In this document: positions 51,586 through 61,110 of the stretch, one piece after another
Layout of the letters: the number at the start of each line of letters is the position of its first letter
Position numbering within the stretch: position 1 is the stretch's first letter
From: Alphaproteobacteria bacterium
GTDB lineage: Bacteria; Pseudomonadota; Alphaproteobacteria; Bin95
Assembly: GCA_965205265.1 (NCBI GenBank)
Contig: CBDBGH010000003.1
Location: forward strand, 224,001 to 288,000
Direction: 5' to 3'
DNA length: 64,000 nt
Translations under genes and position numbers: made by a program
The notes under the pieces: generated by a model
What the model saw: only the letters and a program-made list of their open reading frames with translations
Told to the model about the DNA's origin: nothing
Database searches by the model: none

Positions 51586-52995
51586 ATGACCGACAGTTTC
51601 GATGTCGTCGTCATCGGCGGCGGGCCGGGCGGCTATGTGGCGGCGATCCGGGCGGCGCAGCTCGGCATGCGCACGGCCTGCGTCGAGAAACGGGCGACGC
51701 TCGGCGGCACCTGCCTGAATGTCGGCTGCATTCCCTCGAAGGAACTGCTGCACAGCACGCATCTCTTCGAGCAGGCGCAACACGGCTTCGCCGGGCGCGG
51801 CATCAGGGTTCCGGGCGGCGTCGAGGTCGATCTCGCGGCCATGATGGCCGGCAAGGACAAGGTGGTGCGGGACCTCACGAAAGGCATCGGGTTCCTGTTC
51901 CGCAAGCACAAGGTGGAGCATGTTGCGGGCACCGGCCGCATTGCCGGGCCGGGCCGCGTCGAGGTTGCCTCCGAACAGGGGGAAGCGCGCACGCTCGAAG
52001 CCCGCAACATCATCGTCGCCACGGGGTCCGAGCCGGCGGGCCTGCCGGGCATCGGGATCGACGAGAAGCGCATCCTTTCCTCCACCGGCGCGCTCGCGCT
52101 GGAGGCGGTTCCGGAGCGCCTCGCCGTCATCGGCGGCGGCTATATCGGGCTGGAGATGGCGGTCGTCTGGAGTCGCCTCGGCGCGAAGGTGACGGTGATC
52201 GAGTTCCTCGACCGCATCCTTCCCAATATGGACGGCGATGTGGCCAAGGGGATGCACCGCATCCTGAAGAAGAAGGGCTTCGCCTTCATGCTGGGCCACA
52301 AGGTGACCGGCGCGAAAACCGGCAGGAAAGGCGTCGCGCTGTCGGTCGAGAACATGGCTTCGGGCGAGGCCGCGACCGTCGAAGCGGACGCCGTTCTGGT
52401 CGCGGTCGGGCGGCGGCCCTACACGGACGGCCTCGGCCTCGAGAGCGTCGGCATCGAGACGGACGCCCAGGGCCGGATCGGCATCGACGACCGCTTCCGC
52501 ACGAGCGCAGCGGGCATATACGCCATCGGCGATGTGGTGCGCGGGCCGATGCTGGCGCACAAGGCCGAGGACGAGGGCATGGTCTGCGCCGAGATCGTCG
52601 CCGGCCAGTCCGGCCATATCGACTACGATGCGATTCCGGGCGTGGTCTATACATGGCCCGAGGCGGCGGCCGTGGGCCGAACGGAGGAGGCGCTGAAGGA
52701 GGCGGGTATCGAATACGCCGTCGGGCGCTTCCCGTTCCAGGCCAACAGCCGGGCCCGCTGCAGCGGCGAGACCGAGGGCTTCGTGAAGATTCTGGCCGAC
52801 AAGCGCACCGACCGGGTGCTCGGCGTGCATATATTGGGCGCGGATGCCGGCACGATGATCGCCGAGGCGGCGCTGGCGATGGAGTTCGGCGCCTCGGCCG
52901 AGGACATCGCGCGGACCTGCCATGCGCACCCCACTCTCAACGAGGCGGTCAAGGAAGCGGCGCTCGCCGTGGACGGCCGCCCGATCCATGTCTGA
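51586..52995 (+). CDS. lpdA: dihydrolipoamide dehydrogenase E3
   Basis: GGTCLNVGCIPSK, MLAHKAEDEG, HAHPTLNE. Confidence 0.97.
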   Translation: MTDSFDVVVIGGGPGGYVAAIRAAQLGMRTACVEKRATLGGTCLNVGCIPSKELLHSTHLFEQAQHGFAGRGIRVPGGVEVDLAAMMAGKDKVVRDLTKGIGFLFRKHKVEHVAGTGRIAGPGRVEVASEQGEARTLEARNIIVATGSEPAGLPGIGIDEKRILSSTGALALEAVPERLAVIGGGYIGLEMAVVWSRLGAKVTVIEFLDRILPNMDGDVAKGMHRILKKKGFAFMLGHKVTGAKTGRKGVALSVENMASGEAATVEADAVLVAVGRRPYTDGLGLESVGIETDAQGRIGIDDRFRTSAAGIYAIGDVVRGPMLAHKAEDEGMVCAEIVAGQSGHIDYDAIPGVVYTWPEAAAVGRTEEALKEAGIEYAVGRFPFQANSRARCSGETEGFVKILADKRTDRVLGVHILGADAGTMIAEAALAMEFGASAEDIARTCHAHPTLNEAVKEAALAVDGRPIHV

Positions 52996-53028
52996 ACGAC
53001 ACAGCCCCGGCAAGGAAGGACACCCCTC

Positions 53029-53637
53029 ATGAAGCTCTACACATCCATCGGGCCGAACCCGCATGTCGTGCGCATGTTCATGGCCGAGGCCGGCATCGAG
53101 GTGCCCGAGGAGAAGATCGATATCCGCAAAGGCGTCAACCGCGAGAGCGAATACCTCTCGAAGAACCCGTCCGGCCAGAGCCCGTGCCTGGAGCTCGACG
53201 ACGGCAGCCATATCGCGGAGATCACGGCGATCTGCGAATATCTGGCGGACAGGCAGGGCGGCTCGCCGCTGATCGGCTCGACGCCGGAAGAGCGCGGCGA
53301 AACCCGCATGTGGACGCGCCGGGTCGATCTCAATATCTGCGAGCCGCTCGCCAACGGCTTCCGCTTCGGCGAGGGACTAAAGATGTTCCAGAGCCGCATC
53401 CGCTGCATTCCCGAGGCGTCGAACGGGCTGAAGGCCATCGCGCAGGACAAGATCGCGTGGCTGGACGCGCAGATGGACGGCAGGCAGTTCCTCTGCGGCG
53501 ACCGCATCAGCCTTGCCGACATCCTGCTTTACTGCTTCCTCGCCTTCGGCAAGACGGTCGGACAGGACATCGCGCCCGAGAACGCGAACGTGACCGCCTG
53601 GTTCGAACGCATGAAGGCGCGCCCCACCTCCGCCTGA
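53029..53637 (+). CDS. glutathione S-transferase family protein
   Basis: GPNP, NPSGQSP.LELDDG, EITAICEYL, GDRISLADI. Confidence 0.9.
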   Translation: MKLYTSIGPNPHVVRMFMAEAGIEVPEEKIDIRKGVNRESEYLSKNPSGQSPCLELDDGSHIAEITAICEYLADRQGGSPLIGSTPEERGETRMWTRRVDLNICEPLANGFRFGEGLKMFQSRIRCIPEASNGLKAIAQDKIAWLDAQMDGRQFLCGDRISLADILLYCFLAFGKTVGQDIAPENANVTAWFERMKARPTSA

Positions 53638-53714
53638 GCGGGCGGACTGCTGCAGGAAAAGAAGCCTTCTCCCCCATGGGGAGGGTTGGGGCGGCGGCGC
53701 AGGGCGCGCGCCCG

Positions 53715-53882
53715 TTATTCGGCGGCAGGGGCCGGATCGTTGCGGGTGTTCAGGCTGCTCTCCCAGCGGTCGATACGGGCAATCAGATTGCTCTCGAAGC
53801 GGTCGATGCGGGCGCTCAGGCGCAGGATAAGGCCGGCGAGCGCGATGCCGGTGCCCAGGATTGCAATAAGTTCAGGGCTCAA
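53715..53882 (-). CDS. small membrane-anchored coiled-coil protein (hypothetical, possibly truncated)
   Basis: TTG after GAGG; SPELIAILGTGIALAGLIL hydrophobic helix followed by ARIDRFES / ARIDRWES repeat. Confidence 0.45.
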   Translation of the reverse strand: MSPELIAILGTGIALAGLILRLSARIDRFESNLIARIDRWESSLNTRNDPAPAAE

Positions 53883-54118
53883 GAGCCGTGCCTCGCCGGC
53901 GGCGTGTTCCCGGTTTTTTCGGTTTCCGCGGGGACGATGCACCGTCTGCGGCTTGCAGGCAAGGGAATTGCGCCGGGCGGGCCGAGCGGCTGGCGGCGTG
54001 CTCTCGCCGGTCCGGGAGGACCCGGTGCGGAACTTCCGGAATCCCGCGATCGAACGCTTGCGGTAGCCCGGACGGTTTCGCCATGCTTCGGCGAGCCGAA
54101 GCCGAGGAGCCGCCGCGC

Positions 54119-56164
54119 ATGACCGGAAGCCGCTATCCGAATCTCCTCAAGCCGTTCCGCATCCGGCATACGGCCTTCCGGAACCGCCTGATGAGCACGA
54201 GCCACGCGCCGGGTTATGTCGAGGACCGGCACCCGAAGTTGCGCTACCAGCTCTATCACGAGGAGAAGGCGAAGGGCGGGCTCGCGCTCACCATGTTCGG
54301 CGGGTCCTCCAACATTGCGCCGGACTCGCCGTCCGCCTTCGGCCAGATCTATATCGGCGACGACACGATCGTCCCGGTGCTGCGCGAGTTCTCGGCGCGC
54401 ATCCACCGGCATGGCTGCGCCATCATGTGCCAGATCACCCATATGGGCCACCGCACGCTCTGGGACGTGGAGGACTGGCTGGTGCCGGTGGCGCCGTCGG
54501 CGGTGCGCGAGCCCGCGCACCGCTCCTTCCCGAAGGAGATGGACCGGGACGACATCCGCCGGGTCGTGCGCGCCTTCGGCGACGCGGCGCTGCGCTGCAA
54601 GGAAGGCGGGCTCGACGGCACGGAGCTGCTCGCCTACGGCCATCTCATCCACCAGTTCTGGACGCCGCTGGTCAACCGGCGCACCGACGAATACGGAGGC
54701 AGCCTGGAGAACCGGGCGCGCTTCGGCCTCGAAGTGCTGGAGGAAGTCCGGCGCCGGGTGGGGGAGGACTTCCTCGTCGGCCTCAGAATGATCGGCGACG
54801 AGCTGAAGGAAGGCGGGCTCAGCCGTGAGGACTGCCTCGCGCTGGCGAAGATCTACGCCGATACCGGCTGGTGCGACTTCCTGAATGTCGTGGTCGGCCA
54901 GGTCGGCGACGAGCGCGGCCTCTCGCAGTCGATTCCCACCATGGCGGGCCCGCTCGCGCCCTTCGTGGAGGTCGCGGCCGGAATGAAGCGGGCGACGGGG
55001 CTGCCGGTATTCCACGCCACCCGCATCGCGGACCTCGCAACGGCGGAATACTGCGTGCGCGAGGGCCTTGTGGACATGGTGGCGATGACCCGCGCCCATA
55101 TGGCGGACCCGCATATCGCGGCAAAGATGCTGCGCGGCGAGGAGGAGCGCATCCGGCCCTGCGTCGGTGCGGGATACTGCCTCGACCGCATCTATACCGG
55201 CGGCGACGCGCTCTGCCTGCACAATCCCGCCACGGGCCGCGAGCGGACGATGCCGCATGTCATCGAGCCGGGTCCCGGCCCGCGGCGCAAGGTCGTGGTG
55301 GTAGGAGCGGGCCCGGCCGGTCTGGAGGCGGCCCGCGTCTCCGCGCTCCGGGGGCACGAGGTGGCGGTCTTCGAGGCGGCGGCCGAACCCGGCGGCCAGA
55401 TCGTGCTGGCGGCGCGGGCGACATGGCGCCGGGACCTGCTCGGCATTGCGGAGTGGCTCGCCGCCGAGGTCGAACATCTGGGCGCGGCGGTGCATTTCAA
55501 CCGCTACGCCGAGGCCGAAGACATTCTGGCGGAAGCGCCGGATATCGTTGTGGTCGCGACCGGCGGCGTGCCGAACACGGACTGGCTGGAGGGCAGCGCG
55601 CATGTCGCAAGCGTCTGGGACGTGCTCGGCGGACAGGTCGAGCCCGGCGCCGAAGTGCTGGTCTATGACGACCACGGCGACCACCAGGGGCCGAGCGCGG
55701 CGGATTTCCTGGCGTCGCGCGGCTCGAAGGTGGAGCTCGTGACGCCCGACCGCATGGCCGCGCATGACATCGGCGCCAGCAACTTTCCCGTCTATCTCGC
55801 CAATTTCTACGCGATGGGCGTGCGCATGACGCCGGACCGCCGGCTCCGCCGGGTGAAGCGCGAGGGTAACCGGCTGAGCGCCACGCTGCGCAACGTCTAT
55901 GACGACGCGGACGAGACCCGGCTGGTGGACCAGATCGTCGTCGAGCACGGCACGCTGCCCAATGCGGCGCTGTTCCACGAGCTTCGCCCGCTCGCCCGGA
56001 ACGGCGGGGAGGTGGATATCGACGCGCTGATCGCCGGCCGGCCGCAGCAGCCCGCGTCGAGCGGGGAGGACGGGTTCATGCTCTTCCGCGTCGGCGACGC
56101 CGTCGCCAGCCGCAACATCCACGCCGCCATCTACGACTCCCTGCGCCTCTGCAAGGACTTCTGA
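54119..56164 (+). CDS. NADH:flavin oxidoreductase (OYE plus FAD), N-methylproline / dimethylglycine demethylase-like
   Basis: RNRLMSTSH, QITHMG, RTDEYGGSLENR, RPCVGAGYC..C Fe-S motif, GAGPAGLEAA, GDAVASRNIHAA. Confidence 0.85.
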   Translation: MTGSRYPNLLKPFRIRHTAFRNRLMSTSHAPGYVEDRHPKLRYQLYHEEKAKGGLALTMFGGSSNIAPDSPSAFGQIYIGDDTIVPVLREFSARIHRHGCAIMCQITHMGHRTLWDVEDWLVPVAPSAVREPAHRSFPKEMDRDDIRRVVRAFGDAALRCKEGGLDGTELLAYGHLIHQFWTPLVNRRTDEYGGSLENRARFGLEVLEEVRRRVGEDFLVGLRMIGDELKEGGLSREDCLALAKIYADTGWCDFLNVVVGQVGDERGLSQSIPTMAGPLAPFVEVAAGMKRATGLPVFHATRIADLATAEYCVREGLVDMVAMTRAHMADPHIAAKMLRGEEERIRPCVGAGYCLDRIYTGGDALCLHNPATGRERTMPHVIEPGPGPRRKVVVVGAGPAGLEAARVSALRGHEVAVFEAAAEPGGQIVLAARATWRRDLLGIAEWLAAEVEHLGAAVHFNRYAEAEDILAEAPDIVVVATGGVPNTDWLEGSAHVASVWDVLGGQVEPGAEVLVYDDHGDHQGPSAADFLASRGSKVELVTPDRMAAHDIGASNFPVYLANFYAMGVRMTPDRRLRRVKREGNRLSATLRNVYDDADETRLVDQIVVEHGTLPNAALFHELRPLARNGGEVDIDALIAGRPQQPASSGEDGFMLFRVGDAVASRNIHAAIYDSLRLCKDF

Positions 56165-56267
56165 CGCCGGAGACATGGCGGCAGGGCCAATCTATGCCGT
56201 CGCGTCCAAGGACATATAACAATCGTGTATAACATGCAGCCGAACCTTCATATCGAGGGCTCGTTGC

Positions 56268-56738
56268 ATGCATACCGGCATAGAGCGGGCGCCAGCGAAA
56301 CCGGGAAACTTTCGGGTCCCGGCGGCGGCGATCGGGCTTGCGGCGTCGCTGCTGGCCGCGCCCCTGCCGGCGGCGGACTATTCCTGGCCGGTCGTGCGCG
56401 TCGTCGATGGCGATACGGTCAAGGTCGATGCCAGCGCCGACTTGCCGCCCGAGCTCGCCTCCCTGTCCGTCCGGCTGCGCGGCGTCGATACGCCGGAAAA
56501 GGGCAGGCGGGCGAAATGCGAGGCCGAACGGCAGGCGGGCCGCGCCGCAACCGCCTTCACCGAGGCGGCGGTCGCCGGAGCCGGGAACATCCTCGTCCGC
56601 GACCCCGCCTGGGGCAAATGGGGCGGCCGCGTCATCGCGGACCTCGTTCTGGACGGCTCCTCGCTGTCGTCCGTCCTGATCGAGGCAGGCCATGGCCGGC
56701 CCTATGACGGCGGCAGACGAAAGGGCTGGTGTCGATAG
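56268..56738 (+). CDS. secreted thermonuclease (SNase) family protein
   Basis: hydrophobic leader, VVRVVDGDT, VRLRGVDTPE, GKWGGR; start uncertain. Confidence 0.8.
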   Translation: MHTGIERAPAKPGNFRVPAAAIGLAASLLAAPLPAADYSWPVVRVVDGDTVKVDASADLPPELASLSVRLRGVDTPEKGRRAKCEAERQAGRAATAFTEAAVAGAGNILVRDPAWGKWGGRVIADLVLDGSSLSSVLIEAGHGRPYDGGRRKGWCR

Positions 56739-56791
56739 GAACGGTGCGTATCGAAGGGCCGTCGCCTGTTTCAAGCCGGTTGGATACCGCA

Positions 56792-59107
56792 CTATGCGCC
56801 GTTCAGCGCGCGCCAGACCTTCTCCGGGGTGATCGGCATATCGATATGGGAGATGCCGAGCGCGTCTGCGACGGCGGCGGTAATCGCGGGCGGGGCGCCG
56901 CAGGCGCCGCCCTCGCCGATGCCCTTGACGCCGAGTTCGTTCGAGGGGTTCGGCACCGGGTTGAAGCCGACGTCGATTTCCGGGAAGTCGCTCGCGCGCG
57001 GCATGCAGTAGTCCATGAAGGAGCCGGCGAGGAACTGGCCGCTCTCCGGCTCATAGGCGGTGTGCTCCAGCAGCGCCTGGCCCAGCCCCTGCCCGACGCC
57101 GCCATGCACCTGGCCCGCGGCCAGAAGCGGGTTGATGACGGTGCCGCAATCGTCCACGGCGGTGTATTTCACCACCCGGACCTGCCCGGTCTCCGGGTCC
57201 AGCTCGACCTCGCAGACATGGCAGCCGTTCGGGAAGTTGCACTCGGTCGGGCGCTGGTAGCGGCAGGTCTCGTCGAGGCCGGGCTCCTCGCCCTCGGGAA
57301 GGGCCGCAGGGTCGCGCGCGATCCGGGCGATCTCGTCGAACGAGACGGCGAGATCCGTGCCCGCTACGCGGAAAGACCCGTCCGCGAACTCGATGTCGGC
57401 GGGCGCGGCCTCCAGCCGGTGCGCGGCGATGCGCGACGCCTTCTCGACGATCTGCGCGCAGGCGCGCGAGACCGAGACGCCGCCCATCTGCGAGGAGCGC
57501 GAACCGCCGGTGCCGTTGCCGAAGGAGACGAAAGCGGTATCGCCCTGGAGCAGGCGGATGTCTTCAAACGCGATACCGAGTTTCTGGTGGACGATCTGGG
57601 CGAAGGCGGTCTCATGCCCCTGGCCGTGGCTGAAGGTGCCCATGATGAGCGAGACGCTTCCGTCTTCCTCGAAGCGGACCTGCGCCTGCTCCACCGGCGC
57701 GCCGCCCGAGGCCTCGATATAGTAGCCGAGACCGAGCCCCCGGCGCCTGCCGGCGGCTTCCGACTCCGCCCGGCGCCGGTCGAAGCCGGCGACATCGGCG
57801 CGCTCCAGCGCCCGTTCCTGGGTTTCGGCGAAGGAACCGGAATCGATGACCATGCCGACCCGGTTGGTGTAGGGCAGGGCGTCCGGCCGGATGAAGTTGC
57901 GGCGGCGGATTTCGGCGGGCGAGAGGCCGAAAGCCTTCGCTCCCGCGTCCAGCAGGCGCTCCATCTGGTAGCAGATTTCCGGCCGCCCGGCGCCGCGATA
58001 GGCGTCCGTCGGCACGGTGTTGGTAAAGAGGCAGCGCACGGAAAGCTGCATGGCCGGCACGTGATAAACGGAGCCGGCGATGCGGGCGCCCGCCACGGTC
58101 GGGATTCTCGGCCCGAAATCGGAGAGGTAGCCGCCGAGATTGGCGAGCGTGCGGGCCTTCATGCCGAGAATGCGCCCCTCGTCGTCGAAGGCCATTTCTG
58201 CCGCGGTCAGGTGGTCGCGGCCGTGCGGGTCGGCGAGCATGGTCTCCTGGCGGTCCGCCCGCCACTTGACCGGCCTTCCGAGCCGGCGGGCGGCCCAGAG
58301 CACCATCACCGTTTCCGGGAACAGCTTGCCGCGCAGGCCGAAGCCGCCCCCGACATCGGGCGAGACGACGCGCACCCGGTCCTTCGGCACGTCGAAAGCG
58401 ATGTCGGCAAGGCCGTTGCGCACCCGGACGGCGCCCTGGGTCGGGGAGTGCAGCAGGTAGCGCTCTTCCTCCGCCTCCCACTGTCCGATGGCAACGCGGG
58501 GCTCCATCGGGTTGCCGACGACGCGGTTGTTCGCAAGCTCCACCCGCACCGTCTTCGCGGCCTGCGCGAACGCCGCCTCGACCTCGGCGCCGTCATGGCT
58601 CAGCCAGTGCACGCAGAGATTGGAGCCGACCGGTTCGTGCAGGACCGGCGCGCCCGGTGCATCCGCCTCGGCGGCCGTGCAGACTGCGGGCAACACTTCG
58701 TATTTGACCTCGACCAGCTCCGCAGCGTCCCGCGCCTGCTGCGCCGTCTCCGCCACCACGAAGGCCACCGGGTCGCCGACATAGCGCACCCGGTCGGTCT
58801 GGAGCACGGCGCGGCCGGGATCGGCCATGCGCGCCCCGTCCGCGCCCGGCACATCCACCTGGCAGGGCAGCAGCGGCAGGCCGTCGGCCGCCGCATCCTG
58901 CCCGGTGAGCACCGCCACGACGCCGGGCGCCGCCTCGGCCGCGTGCGTGTCGAGGCTTACAATGCGGGCATGTGCGTGCGGGCTGCGGAGCACGACCGCG
59001 TGGGCCTGGCCCTCGATGTCGATATCGTCCGTGAAGCGCCCGGCGCCGGTCACGAAGCGCGCGTCTTCCTTGCGCCGCACCGGCTGGCCGATGCCGAATT
59101 GGTCCAT
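56792..59107 (-). CDS. xanthine dehydrogenase family molybdopterin-binding subunit (CoxL form II-like)
   Basis: RKEDARF..G, VGGGFG, AYRGAGRPE, HGQGHET, GQVHGG, KGIGE. Confidence 0.9.
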   Translation of the reverse strand: MDQFGIGQPVRRKEDARFVTGAGRFTDDIDIEGQAHAVVLRSPHAHARIVSLDTHAAEAAPGVVAVLTGQDAAADGLPLLPCQVDVPGADGARMADPGRAVLQTDRVRYVGDPVAFVVAETAQQARDAAELVEVKYEVLPAVCTAAEADAPGAPVLHEPVGSNLCVHWLSHDGAEVEAAFAQAAKTVRVELANNRVVGNPMEPRVAIGQWEAEEERYLLHSPTQGAVRVRNGLADIAFDVPKDRVRVVSPDVGGGFGLRGKLFPETVMVLWAARRLGRPVKWRADRQETMLADPHGRDHLTAAEMAFDDEGRILGMKARTLANLGGYLSDFGPRIPTVAGARIAGSVYHVPAMQLSVRCLFTNTVPTDAYRGAGRPEICYQMERLLDAGAKAFGLSPAEIRRRNFIRPDALPYTNRVGMVIDSGSFAETQERALERADVAGFDRRRAESEAAGRRRGLGLGYYIEASGGAPVEQAQVRFEEDGSVSLIMGTFSHGQGHETAFAQIVHQKLGIAFEDIRLLQGDTAFVSFGNGTGGSRSSQMGGVSVSRACAQIVEKASRIAAHRLEAAPADIEFADGSFRVAGTDLAVSFDEIARIARDPAALPEGEEPGLDETCRYQRPTECNFPNGCHVCEVELDPETGQVRVVKYTAVDDCGTVINPLLAAGQVHGGVGQGLGQALLEHTAYEPESGQFLAGSFMDYCMPRASDFPEIDVGFNPVPNPSNELGVKGIGEGGACGAPPAITAAVADALGISHIDMPITPEKVWRALNGA

Positions 59108-59143
59108 TTCCTAGCCTTTCCTGAGGAGCGGCGGAGGCCGCGC

Positions 59144-59650
59144 CTATTCGAAATGCTTCTCCATCACTTCGGTGACGGACTTTTGAACGATCGGAATCAC
59201 ATGGAGGCTGATATCCGCCATGTAGCCCCGCATTTTCCTCTGTATCGCCTGCCCTTCGGGGGAGCCGTAAAACGCCGTCATGGTGTCGATCTCGGCCGCG
59301 GTGAAATGCTTGGAGACGATCTTCACCATGATGTCCTCAATGTTGGCTGCGGCCAGCCCTTCGGACACGCCCTTCCGGAACAGGCCTCGCTTTTCTTCCG
59401 GTATCAGCAACAGGACGTTGCCGGCCACATTGTCCGCCATCCGTTCGACCGGCACGAGTTCGAGATATTTCTTCGCCGCCTCGACGCGGCTTTCCGGCGT
59501 ATCCGGCCGGTCTTCGGCAATCGCCGGCGCGGCGGCCAGGCACACCGGCAAGAGAGCCGTGAGCAGGATGCGCCGCGCCGCGCCGCGGATGCCGGTGAGA
59601 CTTCCCCGAAGCCGGAAGCGGATAGGCCGCATTCCCGCGGTGTCGTACAT
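59144..59650 (-). CDS. exported DUF2059-like protein
   Basis: GAGGAGG RBS, signal peptide, FTAAEIDTMTAFYGSPEGQ. Confidence 0.7.
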   Translation of the reverse strand: MYDTAGMRPIRFRLRGSLTGIRGAARRILLTALLPVCLAAAPAIAEDRPDTPESRVEAAKKYLELVPVERMADNVAGNVLLLIPEEKRGLFRKGVSEGLAAANIEDIMVKIVSKHFTAAEIDTMTAFYGSPEGQAIQRKMRGYMADISLHVIPIVQKSVTEVMEKHFE

Positions 59651-59767
59651 GGGCGAACCTCCTCGCCGTCCGCGACGGCGAGGACGGAGCGCCGCGACGG
59701 CCCGCCCATGCTGCGCCGAAAGGCGGGCCGCCGCAACTCTCCCCGCTGCCGGATGGAACCGGTGCGT

Positions 59768-60091
59768 CTAGCGCCTGAGGTTGAAGAAGGGCGCGGCCTG
59801 AAGGATGCGGTTCTCCTGGCTGAGCAGATAGCCCGCCTCGGCGGAGCGCTCGAGATAGGCCTGCCATTCCGGGTCGGCCTGCATGGCGGCGCGCTTGGTA
59901 GCGCGGTCGGCCGCATCCTCATAGGCCCAGACATGGACATAGGTGTTGATCGGCCCCGTTTCGGTAATGCCGTAAAGCACGGGCTCTCCGAGATGGCGGG
60001 TCTGCACGGGATAGCCGTGCTCCTCGTAGAGGGCCATCGCCTTGGGCACGGTGCCGGGGCGGCAGGTATAGACGCGGTGGTCGAAGATCAT
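59768..60091 (-). CDS. NIPSNAP family protein
   Basis: DHRVYTCRPG, ETGPINTYVHVWAYED..DR...R, DPEW. Confidence 0.88.
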   Translation of the reverse strand: MIFDHRVYTCRPGTVPKAMALYEEHGYPVQTRHLGEPVLYGITETGPINTYVHVWAYEDAADRATKRAAMQADPEWQAYLERSAEAGYLLSQENRILQAAPFFNLRR

Positions 60092-60170
60092 GGGAGCGTT
60101 CCTTCCTCGCGTAACTCCGCCGAGACGCTATGATGAGCGCGCCTACCGCCGCAAGGGGAGCCCTCCCGAA

Positions 60171-60959
60171 ATGAGCGAAGATGTCGCCGTCAACGCCGCC
60201 GAACTCCGCACGCTCGCCGTCAAGCTGCAGGACCTGCTGAAGATCCGCACCCTGCCGATCGGCATGAAGCAGTACGAAAGCCTGGAGGAGATGGAAAAGG
60301 TGCCGGGACTGCGCCGCCCGAAGCCGGGGCGCTTCCACACCACCTGCCAGCTTGTCACGCAGAGCCGAATCGCCGGCTTCACGCTGGGCATCACCGCGGA
60401 GAATGTGCGCCCGCAGTCCAATTGCGGCGGCGTCATGGGCATCGACCTGCCGGACGAGGGCACGCTTTCGGGCGAGCACATGGACGGTGTGTGGTTCGCC
60501 GACCGGGAAGCCGCGCGGGAGCACCAGGCGCATATGCCGCGCCAGACCTTCGGCAAGTATGTCGGCACGGTCGTCTCGCCCCTGCGCGCCGCGCGCCTCG
60601 ACCCGCCGGACATCGTGCTGTTCTACGGCACGCCGGGCCAGATCATCCTGTTCGTCAACGGCCTGCAGTGGAAGCGCTACCGGCGCTACGACATGTCGAT
60701 CACCGGCGAGAGCGCCTGCGCCGACAGCTGGGGCAAGGCGCTCTTGACCCGCGACACCTCGATCTCGATCCCCTGCTATGCCGAGCGCCGCTATGGCGGC
60801 GTGGCGGACGACGAAATGCTGATCGCCATGCCGCCGGAGGAGTTCGCGCGCGGCGTCGAGGGCATGGAGAAGCTCTCCCGCGTCGGGCTGCGCTACCCGA
60901 TCCCGCCCTATGGCGCGCATATGGACCCCTCGGAAGGCATGTCCGCCAGCTATGGCTGA
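60171..60959 (+). CDS. DUF169-like Cys-containing protein
   Basis: TTCQ, PDIVLFYGTPGQ, GESACAD, SIPCYAER.YG. Confidence 0.72.
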   Translation: MSEDVAVNAAELRTLAVKLQDLLKIRTLPIGMKQYESLEEMEKVPGLRRPKPGRFHTTCQLVTQSRIAGFTLGITAENVRPQSNCGGVMGIDLPDEGTLSGEHMDGVWFADREAAREHQAHMPRQTFGKYVGTVVSPLRAARLDPPDIVLFYGTPGQIILFVNGLQWKRYRRYDMSITGESACADSWGKALLTRDTSISIPCYAERRYGGVADDEMLIAMPPEEFARGVEGMEKLSRVGLRYPIPPYGAHMDPSEGMSASYG

Positions 60960-60965
60960 GGGTGT

Positions 60966-61110
60966 CAGCCCGCATTTCTCACCAGGGTCGCGGCCTGCGT
61001 CGCCTCCAGGCGTTCGCTCCGCAAGGAGTGGGCCGAAAAGCGTAGCGGTGCCTACGCTTGAGGCCCGCAACGCCGCGCAGACCATGACCCTGGTGAGAAA
61101 TGCGGGCTAG
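60966..61110. repeat. palindromic MITE-like / structured element, copy 2 (short form)
   Basis: perfect 23-bp inverted repeat 60967-60989 / 61086-61108, internal AAGCGTAG..CTACGCTT hairpin, terminal CTAG; homologous to 25708-25978. Confidence 0.8.

Noticed and set aside
56792-59107. True aerobic CO dehydrogenase
   Set aside because: It lacks the form I AYxCSFR motif and has AYRGAGR instead.
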